Part shown: positions 32,217 to 42,902 of the stretch, one piece after another
How positions within the stretch are numbered: the stretch's first letter is position 1
How the letters are laid out: each line of letters opens with the position of its first letter
Assembly (NCBI GenBank): GCA_044222065.1
Contig: JBGAOA010000006.1
Span: 23,129-87,128, forward strand
Source of the DNA: Candidatus Eiseniibacteriota bacterium
GTDB lineage: Bacteria; Eisenbacteria; RBG-16-71-46
Length of the DNA: 64,000 bases
Direction: 5' to 3'
The notes under the pieces: model-generated
The model's database searches: none
The model's input: the letters and a program-made list of their open reading frames with translations, nothing else
Told to the model about the DNA's origin: nothing
Program-made: the position numbers and the translations under genes

Positions 32217-34814
32217 ATGCGCCCGACGATCCCGCTTCGCCGCACGTTTTCCTTTGCGCTGTTCGCCGCGCTCCTCGCCGCGTCCCCCGCCCGCGCCGCC
32301 TTCGTGGACACCGGCTTCGACGTTCCGCTGCTCAATCCGACCGCGTCGGCGTGGGGCGACTTCGACCGGGACGGCGATCTCGACTTCGTGCTCACCGGCC
32401 AGGACGGCACGCCGCCGTACACGCTGCGCGCTTTCGTGTTCCGCAACGACGCCGGCGCGTTCACCGACGCCGGCGCGGGCCTCACGGGGCTCGCGAACGC
32501 CGCGGCCGCGTGGGGCGACTACGACAACGACGGCGATCTCGACCTGCTGATGTGCGGGAACTCCTCGTCGCTCGGCGACGTGCCGACGACGCGGCTCTAC
32601 CGGAACGACGGCGGCGCGTTCACGAGCCTCGGCGCCGCGGGACTTCCCGAGGTGCGCTCCGGATCGGTGGCGTTCGGCGACTACGACCGCGACGGCGACC
32701 TCGACGTGCTGATCACGGGCTATCGCACGGTGCCGAGCTCCTCGCTCGTCGGCGCGATCTACCGCAACGACGGCGGCGTGTTCACCGACGCCGGCGCCGG
32801 ACTGCCGCCGCTCTTCTACTCGTCGGCGGCGTTCGGCGACTACGACGCGGACGGCGACCTCGACCTCGCGATCCAGGGCACGAATTCGTCGGTGAACCTC
32901 ACCCGCATCTACCGAAACGACGGCGGCACGTTCACGAACATCGCGGCGCCGCTCGTCGGACAGGAGGTCGGCGACGTCGCGTGGGTGGACTTCGACGGCG
33001 ACGGCGACCTCGACTTGTCGTCCACCGGGTTCGACGGCGCCGTGGAGGGGACGCGGCTCTATCGCAACAACGGCGGATTCACATCCGTCGCGACCGGGCT
33101 GCCGGGCGCTTCGCGTGGCGCGGCGTGGGGCGACTTCGACAACGACGGCGATCCCGATCTCGCGCTGACGGGCATCGGCACGACGCCGTCGCTCTCGCGC
33201 ATCTACCGCAACGACGGCGGCGGCGCGTTCGCCGACATCGCCGCGGGAATCGCGGGGACGCGCGCGTGCACGCCGGCGTGGGCCGACTTCGACGGCGACG
33301 GCGACCTCGACCTGCTGATCGCGGGCGGCGACGGCACGGGCGTGCGGAAGCTCTACCGCAACACGGGCGCGAGCGTGAATCACCCGCCGCAGCCGCCGTC
33401 GACGCTGATCGCGACCGAGTGCGTGGACGGCGAACTGAAGCTCCGCTGGGGCGTCGGATCCGACCTCGAGACGGCGGGGCCGGGGCTCACCTACAACCTG
33501 CGCGTCGGCACGACGTGGGGCGGGAACGAGATCGTGTCCTGTCCGGCCGACCCGGCGAGCGGACAGGCCCAGCTCGCGCAGCCGGGCAACGTCGGTCACG
33601 CGACGAGCGTCACGCTGGCGCTGCCGCCCGGCACCTACTACTGGACGGTGCAGACCGTGGACGGCGCGTTCCTCGGTTCGGACTTCGCGCCCGTGCACGT
33701 TGTGCAGGCGCCGTCGGTGGACGGCGCGTGGAACGCGGCCGAGGGCCCGCCCTCCGTCACGCAGTCGCTGCAGACCGGGTTCGGCGATGCGTCGCTCGGA
33801 CTGCCCGACTTCGCGAACGGCTCCGAGCTCGACGGCGCGTACGCGCGGCTCGACGACTGCGCGCTGCACCTGTTCCTGCCGGGGAACCTCGAATCCAACT
33901 TCAACAAGCTCGAGCTGTTCTTCGACACGCTGCCCGGCGGCCAGAACCAGCTGCGCGGGGACAACGCGAACGTGGACTTCGACGGACTCAACCGCATGGG
34001 CGACGACGGCAGCGGGAACGGGCTGCGATTCGATCCCGCGTTCGAGCCGGACTTCTACGTCACGTTGAGCGGCGGCGACGCGGGCGGCGACTACACGCTG
34101 TTCGCGAGCTGGGCGGAGCTGCTGAGCGCGGGCGGCGGACTCGGACGCTACCTCGGCAGCACGACGCCGCCCTCCAACGGCGCGCTCGCCGGCGGCGACA
34201 ATCCCGACGGCATCCTCGCGACGATCGACAATTCGAACACGGCCGGCGTGACGGCCGGTACGGGCGGCGCGTCGGGCTCTGGAGTCACGACCGGCGTCGA
34301 GCTCGTGATTCCGCTCGCGTCGCTCGGAAACCCGACGGGCTGCTTCGAGGTGTGCGCATTCGTGAACGGCTCGGGGCACGACTTCGTCTCGAACCAGGTC
34401 CTCGCCCCGCTCGTCGCTCCGCAGGGCAACCTCGGCGAACCGCGCAACGTGGACTTCGGCCGCTACGCGGGAGAGCAGTGGTTCTCGGTGTGCCCGGGCG
34501 CGACCGCGGACGTTCCGGCGGGCCCCGCCGCCTCGGCGACGCGCGGACGACTCTCGGCGTTCCCGAATCCGATGCGCGCGTCGTCGCTCGTGCGCTTCGA
34601 ACTCGCGCGTGCGGGGGAGGCGAGCGTCGAGCTGTTCAACGTGCAGGGGCGGCGCGTGCGGCGGCTCGTATCCGGCGCCTTCGACGCGGGTCCGCACCAG
34701 GCGCTCTGGACCGGCACGGACGACTCGGGCCGCGCGCTCCCGAGCGGCGTCTACTACGCGCGTCTCCTCGCGCCGGGCGAGCGCGCGTCGCACGCGCTGA
34801 TCCTGCGGCGCTGA
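32217..34814 (+). CDS. Secreted FG-GAP/VCBS-repeat protein with FN3-like, unknown and FlgD-Ig-like C-terminal domains
   Basis: Signal peptide. Seven A(W/F).D(F/Y)D.DGD.D repeats with YRN-type ends. C-terminal PNPM...W.G.DDSG...SGVY. Confidence 0.88.
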   Translation: MRPTIPLRRTFSFALFAALLAASPARAAFVDTGFDVPLLNPTASAWGDFDRDGDLDFVLTGQDGTPPYTLRAFVFRNDAGAFTDAGAGLTGLANAAAAWGDYDNDGDLDLLMCGNSSSLGDVPTTRLYRNDGGAFTSLGAAGLPEVRSGSVAFGDYDRDGDLDVLITGYRTVPSSSLVGAIYRNDGGVFTDAGAGLPPLFYSSAAFGDYDADGDLDLAIQGTNSSVNLTRIYRNDGGTFTNIAAPLVGQEVGDVAWVDFDGDGDLDLSSTGFDGAVEGTRLYRNNGGFTSVATGLPGASRGAAWGDFDNDGDPDLALTGIGTTPSLSRIYRNDGGGAFADIAAGIAGTRACTPAWADFDGDGDLDLLIAGGDGTGVRKLYRNTGASVNHPPQPPSTLIATECVDGELKLRWGVGSDLETAGPGLTYNLRVGTTWGGNEIVSCPADPASGQAQLAQPGNVGHATSVTLALPPGTYYWTVQTVDGAFLGSDFAPVHVVQAPSVDGAWNAAEGPPSVTQSLQTGFGDASLGLPDFANGSELDGAYARLDDCALHLFLPGNLESNFNKLELFFDTLPGGQNQLRGDNANVDFDGLNRMGDDGSGNGLRFDPAFEPDFYVTLSGGDAGGDYTLFASWAELLSAGGGLGRYLGSTTPPSNGALAGGDNPDGILATIDNSNTAGVTAGTGGASGSGVTTGVELVIPLASLGNPTGCFEVCAFVNGSGHDFVSNQVLAPLVAPQGNLGEPRNVDFGRYAGEQWFSVCPGATADVPAGPAASATRGRLSAFPNPMRASSLVRFELARAGEASVELFNVQGRRVRRLVSGAFDAGPHQALWTGTDDSGRALPSGVYYARLLAPGERASHALILRR

Positions 34815-34872
34815 ACGCAGGCACGGGCCGCCGCGCCGATCGCCGCGCCGTGCCCGCCGCCCGAAAACGCCA

Positions 34873-34900
34873 GAGGCGGCGTCCTCGCGGACGCCGCCTC
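34873..34900 (-). terminator. Intrinsic terminator downstream of the cold-shock gene, possibly bidirectional
   Basis: GAGGCGGCGTCC-tcgc-GGACGCCGCCTC perfect 12-bp stem, followed on the minus strand by ...GCGTTTT. Confidence 0.75.
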
Positions 34901-34925
34901 GGCGTGAGGTGGTACCTCGTGCGAA

Positions 34926-35129
34926 CTAGACCTTGCGCACGTTCGCGGCCTGCAGCCCCTTCGGGCCGCGGGTCACGTCGAACTCGATCGCTTCACCCTC
35001 GGCCAGCGTCTTGAAGCCGTCGCCGGCGATCGCGGAGAAGTGGACGAACACGTCGTCCCCGCCGTCCGCCTGCGTGATGAAGCCAAAGCCCTTCGCCTCG
35101 TTGAACCACTTCACGGTGCCACGTGCCAC
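34926..35129 (-). CDS. cspA: Cold-shock protein (CspA family), 67 aa
   Basis: GTG start after [22 protein letters not shown]...DVFVHFSAI...[10 protein letters not shown] (RNP1/RNP2). Confidence 0.96.
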   Translation of the reverse strand: MARGTVKWFNEAKGFGFITQADGGDDVFVHFSAIAGDGFKTLAEGEAIEFDVTRGPKGLQAANVRKV

Positions 35130-35243
35130 TTGAAGCTCCTGTTGAATCCGGATCCGAGGATCCGCACTTGCCGCGGAATCACGCCCGCGGCCGCGTCCGG
35201 TCGACTTGACCGTGTCCCGATCGCTGTCCGGATCGCCGCCCAC

Positions 35244-35271
35244 AAAAAAAACCGCCAGAGGTCTCTGGCGG
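35244..35271 (-). promoter_or_regulatory. Terminator-like hairpin plus U8 tract in the csp 5' region
   Basis: Minus strand CCGCCAGAG-AC-CTCTGGCGG-TTTTTTTT, about 115-140 nt upstream of the csp start. Confidence 0.6.
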
Positions 35272-35589
35272 ATCAGAACGTGGACGACACATCCCATACA
35301 ACCGAAGACGCGCGCAGTATCGTCCATTCGGCGCCGAAACGACAGCCGATTTCGAGCCCCCGGCGGGGGGCGGACCGGAAATCCGGAAAATCGCCAGCGA
35401 AAGCGTGGAATTCGGGTGCGGGCCCGGCCCGGGAATTCACGCCTCCGGGACCTTCCGGAGGCGCGCGCACCCGGTCCCGGCGGGGACTCCGTCGCGTCCG
35501 GGCGAATCCGCTTGCGGCGTCCGTGGCGGCTCGCCGAACCTGCCGGCCTCGTTCCGGCCGTTCCGCGCCACCACCGAAGGGGAGTCCTC

Positions 35590-36747
35590 ATGACGTCGCT
35601 CCGTCTCGCGTTCCTCGCACTCGGCGTACTCGCGCTCGCGGCTCCGGTCGCCGCCGACGAGTCGGCCGGCTTCGTCGTCCGGCTCGGCCGCGACACCACC
35701 TCGGTCGAGCGCTACACGCGCAGCCCGAACCGCATCGAGGTGGACCAGGTCGGACGCGCACCGCGCGTCCTGCGCCGGCACGTCGTCTACGAGTTCACGA
35801 ACGGCCAGATCACGTCGTTGACGCTCACGGCCACGCCGGCCGGCGCGACGACGCCGGCGCAGACGGTCGAGGCGAAGCTCGGTCCCGATTCGCTTCAGAT
35901 GACGATCCGCACCGGGAACGCTCCGCCGCAGACGCCGAGCATCGCGCTGCCCCCGCGCACGCTCGTGCTCGCCAACGCGACGCCGTGGCCCGTGTACGAG
36001 GGCGAAATCGCGAAGCTCGTCCGCTCGAAGCGGGACACGGCCTCGTTCGCCGGCTACTTCGTCGGCGCGCCCAGCGTCGTTCGCTTCGGCCTGCGGCGCC
36101 TCGGACGCGACACCGTCGCGCTGACGACCGATCGCGGCGACGAGTACCGCGCGCGCGTGGACAAGGACGGCGTCGTGCTCGGCGTCGCGCCGGTCTCCGG
36201 CACGCAGAAGTTCTCGCTCGAGCGCGTCGCCGCGCCCGACATCGACGCGGTCGCTGCGGCGTTCGCCGAACGCGAGAAGGCCGGCGGTGCGTTCGGCGCG
36301 CTGTCGCCGCGCGACACGGTGCGGGCGACGCTCGGCGGCGCGTCGCTGCTCGTGGACTACGGGCGCCCGGCGCGCCGCGGGCGGAAGATCTTCGGCGAGG
36401 TCGTGCCCTACGGCGAGGTGTGGCGCACCGGCGCGAACGCCGCGACGCAGTTCCGCACCGACAAGGCGCTCGACTTCGGCGGCACCGTCGTCCCGGCCGG
36501 CTTCTACACGCTGTGGACGCTGCCGACCGATCAGGGCTGGACGCTGATCGTGAATTCCGAGACCGGCCAGTGGGGCACCGCGCACAAGGCCGAGCGCGAC
36601 GTCGCGAAGATCCCGATGCAGGTCTCCGCCGCGGGCGAGCCCGTCGAGAAGTTCACGATCCAGCTGCGCGACTCGGACGACGGCGGCCTTCTGGTGCTCG
36701 AATGGGACACCGTGCGAGCGAGCGCCGCGTTCCGGGTGCAGCCGTGA
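35590..36747 (+). CDS. Secreted DUF2911 domain protein
   Basis: Signal peptide. C-terminal [44 protein letters not shown]. Confidence 0.85.
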   Translation: MTSLRLAFLALGVLALAAPVAADESAGFVVRLGRDTTSVERYTRSPNRIEVDQVGRAPRVLRRHVVYEFTNGQITSLTLTATPAGATTPAQTVEAKLGPDSLQMTIRTGNAPPQTPSIALPPRTLVLANATPWPVYEGEIAKLVRSKRDTASFAGYFVGAPSVVRFGLRRLGRDTVALTTDRGDEYRARVDKDGVVLGVAPVSGTQKFSLERVAAPDIDAVAAAFAEREKAGGAFGALSPRDTVRATLGGASLLVDYGRPARRGRKIFGEVVPYGEVWRTGANAATQFRTDKALDFGGTVVPAGFYTLWTLPTDQGWTLIVNSETGQWGTAHKAERDVAKIPMQVSAAGEPVEKFTIQLRDSDDGGLLVLEWDTVRASAAFRVQP

Positions 36748-36896
36748 GCGGGCGCGCGCGGCGCTGAAGCGGCGCCGCGCGCGGGACGTCGCGCGCGGCG
36801 CCGCGAGGGCTTGACCCGCGAAGGACGCGCGCGGATTCTCGGCCGTCCTTCGGGGACGCGCGAACGCCGCGCGCCCCGCCGTCGAGGAGGCCCCCC

Positions 36897-39800
36897 ATTC
36901 CGCGCGAGTACGAGCCGTCGGGTTTCTTCGCGCTCCGCGCGCCCCTGTTGCCGTTCACGGACTGGCTCGCGTGGGGCGACGGCGCCTCCGCCGCGGACGC
37001 ATCCGAGGGCGCGTGGCGCGCGGCGCGCGACCGCGGACGCGCGTGGCTCTCGAGCCGTCTCGAGGACCCCGTCGTGCGCGAGGCGATCGCGCTCGCGTCG
37101 CCCGACCTCGATGCGCGCATCGGCGCCTGGCGCGCCGATCCCGACGCCGAGCCCGGCGTCGAGGCGGGGCTCGTCAAATACGTCTCGCGCGCGTGCGTGC
37201 GCGCGACGCCGTTCGGCACGTTCGCGGCGACCTCGCTCGGCGCGCTCGGGAGCACGACGCGCCTCGCCTTGCCCGCGCGCGACGGATCGCGCCGCCACAC
37301 GCGGCTCGACATGGACTTCCTGAGCGAGCTCGTGGCGCGGCTCGCGTCGGACCCGGAGGTGCGCGCGCGCGTGCCGTTCGCGCCGAACTCGAGCCTCTAC
37401 CCGGCGGGCGACGCGCTGCGTTACGCCGAGGCGCGCCGCGTCGCCGGGGCGCGCGCGTACTTCCTCGTCGAGGTCGAGGCGAACGACGCCGTCACGGCCG
37501 CGCTCGAGGCGTCGAAGGGCGGGGCGACCCTCGAGGCGATCGCGCGCGCGCTCGCCGATCTCGGCGTCGCGCTCGAGGACGCGCGCGAGTTCGCGGGACA
37601 GCTCGCCGACGCGCAGCTGCTCGTCGCCGACCTCGGCCCGCTCGTGACCGGCGCGGACGCGCTCGAGGACCTGATCGCGCGCCTCGCGCGCCACGCGCCA
37701 GAGCATCCGGCTCACGCGGGCCTGCGCGAGGCGCGCGCCGCGCTCGCGGCGCTCGACGCGCGCGGACTCGAGCGCCGCGCGCGTCGTACGACGCACTCGC
37801 GGAGCGGCTCCGAACGCTCGCGCCCGTCGATCCGGCCCGGCTCGTCCAGGTGGACCTCTATCGCGGTGGCGATCCGCCGGAGCTCGACCGCGGCCTCGTG
37901 CACGAGCTGCTGCACGCGGCGGAGACCGTGATCGCGCTGTTCGCGAAGGGGCACGCCGATCCGCTCGCGGCGTTTCGCGACGCGTTCGAGCGGCGCTATG
38001 GCGACCGCGAGGTGCCGCTCGTCGAGGCGCTCGACGAGGAGCTCGGCATCGGCTTCGAACCGAGCTCCGGGCCCGCGAGCGATCCGTCGCCGCTGCTCGT
38101 GGGACTGCCGTTCACGCCGCCCGAGGAGGAAGGTCGCGTGCCGTTCGGCTACCGCGCGCAGTTCGTGCAGTGGAAGCTCGCCGAGGCGATCGCCGCCGGG
38201 GCCGAGGAGCTGCGGCTCGATCCGCGCGAGCTCGAACGTTTCGCCGATCCCGACGCGCCGGGACTCGGCGGCGCGTTCCACCTGCTCGCCTCGCTGCTCG
38301 CGCCCGACGCCGCGGATACGGACGCGCCGCGGGCGCTGTTCGATTCGGCGGCCGGTCCGTCGGGCGCGCGGCTGCTCGGGCGGTTCGGCTTCGGGGACCC
38401 CGCGCTCGCCGAGCACGTGCGGGCGCACGTGCGGCGCGAGGAGGCGCTGCGGCCCGACGTCGTCTACTTCGAACTCGTTCACCTGCCCGAGGGCCGCGTC
38501 GGAAACATTCTCGCGCGTCCCGTGCTCCGCGAATTCGAGCTCGCCTACCTCGGCGCCTCCGGCGCGCCGCCCGATCGCACGATCTCCGTGCTCGACCTCA
38601 CCGTGCGGCTCGAGGGCGGGCGGATCGCGCTGCGATCGCGCGCGCTCGGACGCGAAGTCCGGCCGCGGCTCTCGTCGGCGCATTACGCGGGCGCGCGCAG
38701 CCTCGGGCTCTACCGGTTCCTCACCGCGCTCCAGGCCGAGGGTGTCGTCGAGGGCGCGGCCTGGCACTGGGGGCCGTTCGAACACCAGCCGCGGCTGCCG
38801 CGCGTGCGCATCGGGCAGGTCGTGCTCGCGCGCCGGCAGTGGAACGCGCGTCGCGACGAAGCCCGCCGCCTGCGCGAGCACTCGGGCCACGCGGCGTTCC
38901 TCGAGGCGGGCCGGTGGCGCGCGGCGCGCGACGTGCCGCGGTTCGCGGGCCTCGTGCACGCGGACAACGTGCTGCCCGTGGATTTCGATCAGCCGCTGTC
39001 GGTCGCGGCGTTCCTCGACGCGCTCAAGGGCCGCGACGGCTTCTCGCTCGTCGAGCTGTTCCCGGGCGCGCGCCCCGACGCCGCGCGCTCGCCCGAAGGC
39101 GGCTTCACGAACGAAGTCGTGATCCCGGTCGTGCGCGCGCCGGCCTCCGCGGCGGCGGCGCGCGAACCGGCGCGCGGCGGTCACGTCGATCGCGGGGCCC
39201 TCGGCCCGGGCTTCGCGCCCGGTTCGGAATGGCTGAGTGCGAAGCTCTACGGCGGTCCGAAGGGCGTGGATCGCGCGCTCGTCGAGGCGCTGCGCCCGGC
39301 GCTCGCGACGCTCGTGGACGCGGGCGACGTGCGGCGCGTCGAGGCGCGCGTCAGTGCGGGCTCGCGACGCTCGTGGACGCCGGCGACGTGCGGCGCGCGT
39401 TCTTCGTGCGCTACGCCGATCCGGGCTGGCACGTGCGCGTGCGGCTGCACGGCGAGCCCGCGACGCTGCTCACACGCGCGCTGCCGGCGCTGCGCGCCGC
39501 CGCCGCGCCGCTCTTCGACGCCGGGGTGCTGCACGCGCTCGAGCTCGCGCCCTACCGGCGCGAGATCGTGCGCTACGGCGGGCCGGCCGCGATCGAAGCG
39601 TGCGAGGCGCTGTTCCACCACGACTCGCTCGCCGCGCTCGACGTGCTCGCCGGTGCGCCCGGGGAGCGCGGCCTCGAGGCGCGCTGGCGCCTCGCGCTCG
39701 TCGGCACCGACCGGCTGTACGCCGACTTCGGACTCGACGACGGCGCGCGCCACGAACTCTCGGGCCGGCTCGCGCGCGCGTTCGCCGCCGAGTTCCACGC

Positions 39801-40173
39801 CGACTCCGCCGCCCGTCGCGCGATGATGGCGCGCTATCGCGAGGTGCGCGCGGCGCTCGCGGCGCTGCTCGACGGCGACGCCGGCGGCGACGACGCGCTC
39901 GCGCACGGCCTGCGCCGGATCGAGGCGCGCTCGCGCGCGAACGCCGCGCCGATCGAGGCGCTGCGCGCCCTCGATCGCGATCGTCGGCTCGGCGTGCCGC
40001 TCGAGGAGATCGTCGCGAGCCTCGCGCACATGCACGCGAATCGCGTGCTGCGCTCGTCGCAGCGCGCGCAGGAAATGGTGATCCACCACTACCTCGAGAA
40101 CCTCTACGCCGCCCGGCGCGCGCGCGCGGCGCACGGCGTCGCCGCGACACCCGGCGCGGGAGGGACGCCGTGA
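36897..40173 (+). CDS. lanB: Class I lanthipeptide dehydratase LanB (glutamylation and elimination domains); frameshift at ~37780 and a 59-nt-offset duplication at ~39300-39400
   Basis: FFALRAPLLP, EAIALASPDL, KYVSRACVRATPFGTFA, GPSGARLLGRF, GNILARP, PRLSSAH and DNVL, then WLSAKLYG, FFVRYADP..HVRVR, YRREIVRYGG, FHHDS and SLAHMHANR. Confidence 0.92.
39281..39397 (+). repeat. Imperfect tandem duplication inside lanB
   Basis: GCTCGCGACGCTCGTGGACGC(G/C)GGCGACGTGCGGCGCG at 39301-39338 and 39360-39397, each preceded by GTCGAGGCGC. Offset 59 nt. Confidence 0.85.
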
Positions 40174-40728
40174 GCGACGGTCGCGACCGGCTCGACCCGC
40201 TGTTCCGCCCCGAAGCGCTCGAGCACGCGCTGCGGGGGCGTTCGAGCGGCGCGCTGCTGCGGCTCTCGCCGGCGTGGAAGCACTGGGCCTTCGGCGTGCT
40301 CGTCGCCGCGTTCGCAGGCGCGCTCGTGCTCGCGGCGCGCGTGCCGTTCGGCGCGGACGTCGCGGGCCCCGCGCGCATCGTGCGCGCGCCCGACGGGCTC
40401 GAAGCCGTGCGCCTGCTGCCCGCGGGCGCGCGCGCTGCGCCCGGGGCAGCGCGCGTGGCTGCGGCTCGAACGCGCGAACCGAACGGCGGCCGCGGCGTCG
40501 GTCGTCGGCGTCGGCGGCGAAGCGCTCGGCGCCGAGGGCGTGCGGGCCGCGCTCGGCGAGGACGCGCGCGACCTGCCGCCGTTCACGCCGCCGGTCGTCG
40601 TCGTGCGGGTCCGCTTGAACGCGGGCGCCGGCGCCGAGTTCGTGCCGGGGACGCACGCGCGGGCCTCGGTCCGCGTCGGCGAGCGGACGCTGCTCCAGGC
40701 GCTGCGGTTCCCGGACGCGACGCGATGA
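40170..40728 (+). CDS. Short HlyD-like peptide-secretion accessory membrane protein (frameshift at ~40430)
   Basis: GTGA overlap with the lanB stop and ATGA overlap with the exporter start. LFRPEALE N-terminal motif, one TM, and C-terminal PGTHARASVRVGERTLL. Confidence 0.7.
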
Positions 40729-42902
40729 GGCTCGAGTTCTCGAGGCCGCGGCTGCCGCACGTGCAGCAGCTCCACCTCGCCGACTGCGGACCCGCGTGTC
40801 TCGCGATGGTGCTCGGGCTGCACGGCCGGCACGGTTCCGTGGACGAGGTGCGCGAGCGCTTCGGCGCCGGCCGCGACGGCGTTTCGGCGTACGACATCCT
40901 CGAGGCGGCGCGGACGTTCGGCCTCGCGGGCCGAGCGGTGCGGCTCGAGCTCGCGGACCTCGCGCTGCTGCCGCGCGGCGCGATCCTGCACTGGCGCATG
41001 AACCACTTCGTCGTGTTCGACCGCGTGCGGCGCGGCGGCATCGCGATCGTGGATCCCGACGGCGGCCCGCGCTTCGTCGCCGCCGAAGAGCTGTCGCGCG
41101 CTTTCACGGGCGTGGCGCTCGTGCTCGAGCCGACGGACGCGTTCGAGGTGCGCTCGCGCGAGGCGTCGCGGCTCTGGGCGTACGCGCGCCGCGTCGCGCT
41201 GCGCTCGGGGCTGCTCGGCCGCGCGCTGCTCTTGTCGCTGCTGCTGCAAGTGCTCGCGCTCGCGCTGCCGCTCTGGACCGGCGCGATCGTGGACCGCGTG
41301 CTCCCCGAGGCGGACGTGCCGCTGCTCGGCGTGCTTTCGGCCGGCATCGCGGTGCTCGCCGTCTACGCGTTCTTCGCCGCCTACGTCCGCGCGCACCTGC
41401 TGCTCGCGCTGCGCACGCGGCTCGACCTCGAGATGTCGGTCGGCTTCCTCGAGCATCTCCTGCGCCTGCCGTTCGCGTTCTTCCAGCTGCGCCAGACCGG
41501 CGACCTCGTGATGCGGCTCAATTCGAACGCCGTGATCCGCGAGTCGCTCACCTCGGGCGCGATGACGGCGGCGCTCGACGGCCTGCTCGTCGCCGGCTAC
41601 CTCGTCGTGATCCTCGTGACGCACCCCGGGCTCGGGCTGCTCGTCGTCGGCCTCGGCGCGATCCGCGTGCTCGTGTTCTTCGCCTCGCAGTCGCGCTACC
41701 GCGCGCTCATGGGCGAGGCGCTGCAGGTGCAGGCCGATTCGTCGAACCACCAGGTCCAGATGATCGAAGGCATCGAGACGCTCAAGACGTCGGGTGCCGA
41801 GCGCCGCGCGAGCGAGGTGTGGACGAACCTGTTCGTGGACGTCCTGAACGTCACCGTGCGGCGCGGACGTCTCGCCGCGCTCGTGGACTCGCTGCTCCAC
41901 GCGCTCGAACTCGCCTCGCCGCTCGTCGTGCTCGCGGTCGGCACGCAGCTCGTGCTCGACCAGCGCCTGTCGCTCGGCACGATGCTCGCGATTTCGGCGC
42001 TCGCCGCGGCGTTCCTGCAGCCGCTCGGCAGCCTCGTGACGACGGCGCTCGAGTTCCAGCAGCTCGGCAGCTACGTCGACCGCGTCGACGAGGTGCTGAA
42101 CCGCCCCGCCGAACAGGACGCGGCCGCGCCGCCCGCGCCGACGCTCGAGGGCGCGCTCGAGCTCGAGGACGTGTGCTTCCGGTACTCGGAGCGCGGGCCG
42201 CTCGCGGTGGATCACGTCACGCTCGCGATTCCGCGCGGCGCCGCGGTCGCGATCGTCGGTCCGTCGGGATCGGGAAAGAGCACGCTCGCGCGGCTCGTCG
42301 CGGCGCTCTACCGGCCCGAGTCCGGCGCGGTCCGCTTCGACGGCGCCGACCTGTCGTCGCACGACGTCGTCTCGCTGCGGCGCCAGATCGGATTCGTGCC
42401 GCAGCACCCGTACCTGTTCGGGGCGACGATCCGCGAAAACATCGCGATGGCCGACGCGGACGCCGACGGCGAGGCGATCGCGCGCGCGGTGCGCGAGTCG
42501 GACCTCGGCCGCGATCTCGAGGCGATGCCGCTCGGGCTCGACACGCACCTCACCGCGGGCGGCACGAACCTCTCGGGCGGCCAGCGCCAGCGCATCGCGA
42601 TCGCGCGCGCGTTGCTGCGCTCGCCGGCGCTGCTCGTGCTCGACGAGGCGACGAGCCACCTCGACGCGCGCTCCGAACACCGCGTGCACGAGCACCTGCG
42701 CGCACGGCGGGCGACGCGCCTCGTCATCGCGCACCGCCTCTCGACGATCCGCGACGCCGACCTGATCGTCGTGATGGACCGCGGGCGCGTCGTCGAGCAG
42801 GGCACGCACGACGCGCTCGTCGCGGCGAACGGGCTCTACGCCGAACTCATCCGGCCGAATCGAGCAGCAGAAACCGATCCCACTCCGGCGCGCGGCGGCT
42901 GA
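40725..42902 (+). CDS. lanT: Peptidase C39-containing ABC exporter (LanT/PCAT)
   Basis: QQLHLADCGPACLAM (catalytic Cys), ILHWRMNHFVV, six-TM domain, GPSGSGKST, LSGGQRQRIAIAR, LDEATSHLD. Confidence 0.95.
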   Translation: MRLEFSRPRLPHVQQLHLADCGPACLAMVLGLHGRHGSVDEVRERFGAGRDGVSAYDILEAARTFGLAGRAVRLELADLALLPRGAILHWRMNHFVVFDRVRRGGIAIVDPDGGPRFVAAEELSRAFTGVALVLEPTDAFEVRSREASRLWAYARRVALRSGLLGRALLLSLLLQVLALALPLWTGAIVDRVLPEADVPLLGVLSAGIAVLAVYAFFAAYVRAHLLLALRTRLDLEMSVGFLEHLLRLPFAFFQLRQTGDLVMRLNSNAVIRESLTSGAMTAALDGLLVAGYLVVILVTHPGLGLLVVGLGAIRVLVFFASQSRYRALMGEALQVQADSSNHQVQMIEGIETLKTSGAERRASEVWTNLFVDVLNVTVRRGRLAALVDSLLHALELASPLVVLAVGTQLVLDQRLSLGTMLAISALAAAFLQPLGSLVTTALEFQQLGSYVDRVDEVLNRPAEQDAAAPPAPTLEGALELEDVCFRYSERGPLAVDHVTLAIPRGAAVAIVGPSGSGKSTLARLVAALYRPESGAVRFDGADLSSHDVVSLRRQIGFVPQHPYLFGATIRENIAMADADADGEAIARAVRESDLGRDLEAMPLGLDTHLTAGGTNLSGGQRQRIAIARALLRSPALLVLDEATSHLDARSEHRVHEHLRARRATRLVIAHRLSTIRDADLIVVMDRGRVVEQGTHDALVAANGLYAELIRPNRAAETDPTPARGG

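Noticed and set aside
32340..33360. Regularly spaced DNA repeats resembling a CRISPR array
   Set aside because: They are in-frame FG-GAP codons with degenerate copies, and no cas genes are present.
35590..36747. DUF2911 gene as part of the lanthipeptide cluster
   Set aside because: The only support is co-orientation across a 150-nt gap, and I know of no link to RiPP biosynthesis or immunity.
39237..40173. Split (thiopeptide-type) LanB with a separate elimination gene
   Set aside because: The break falls inside the elimination domain at the duplication and has no own start. No YcaO or pyridine synthase genes are present.
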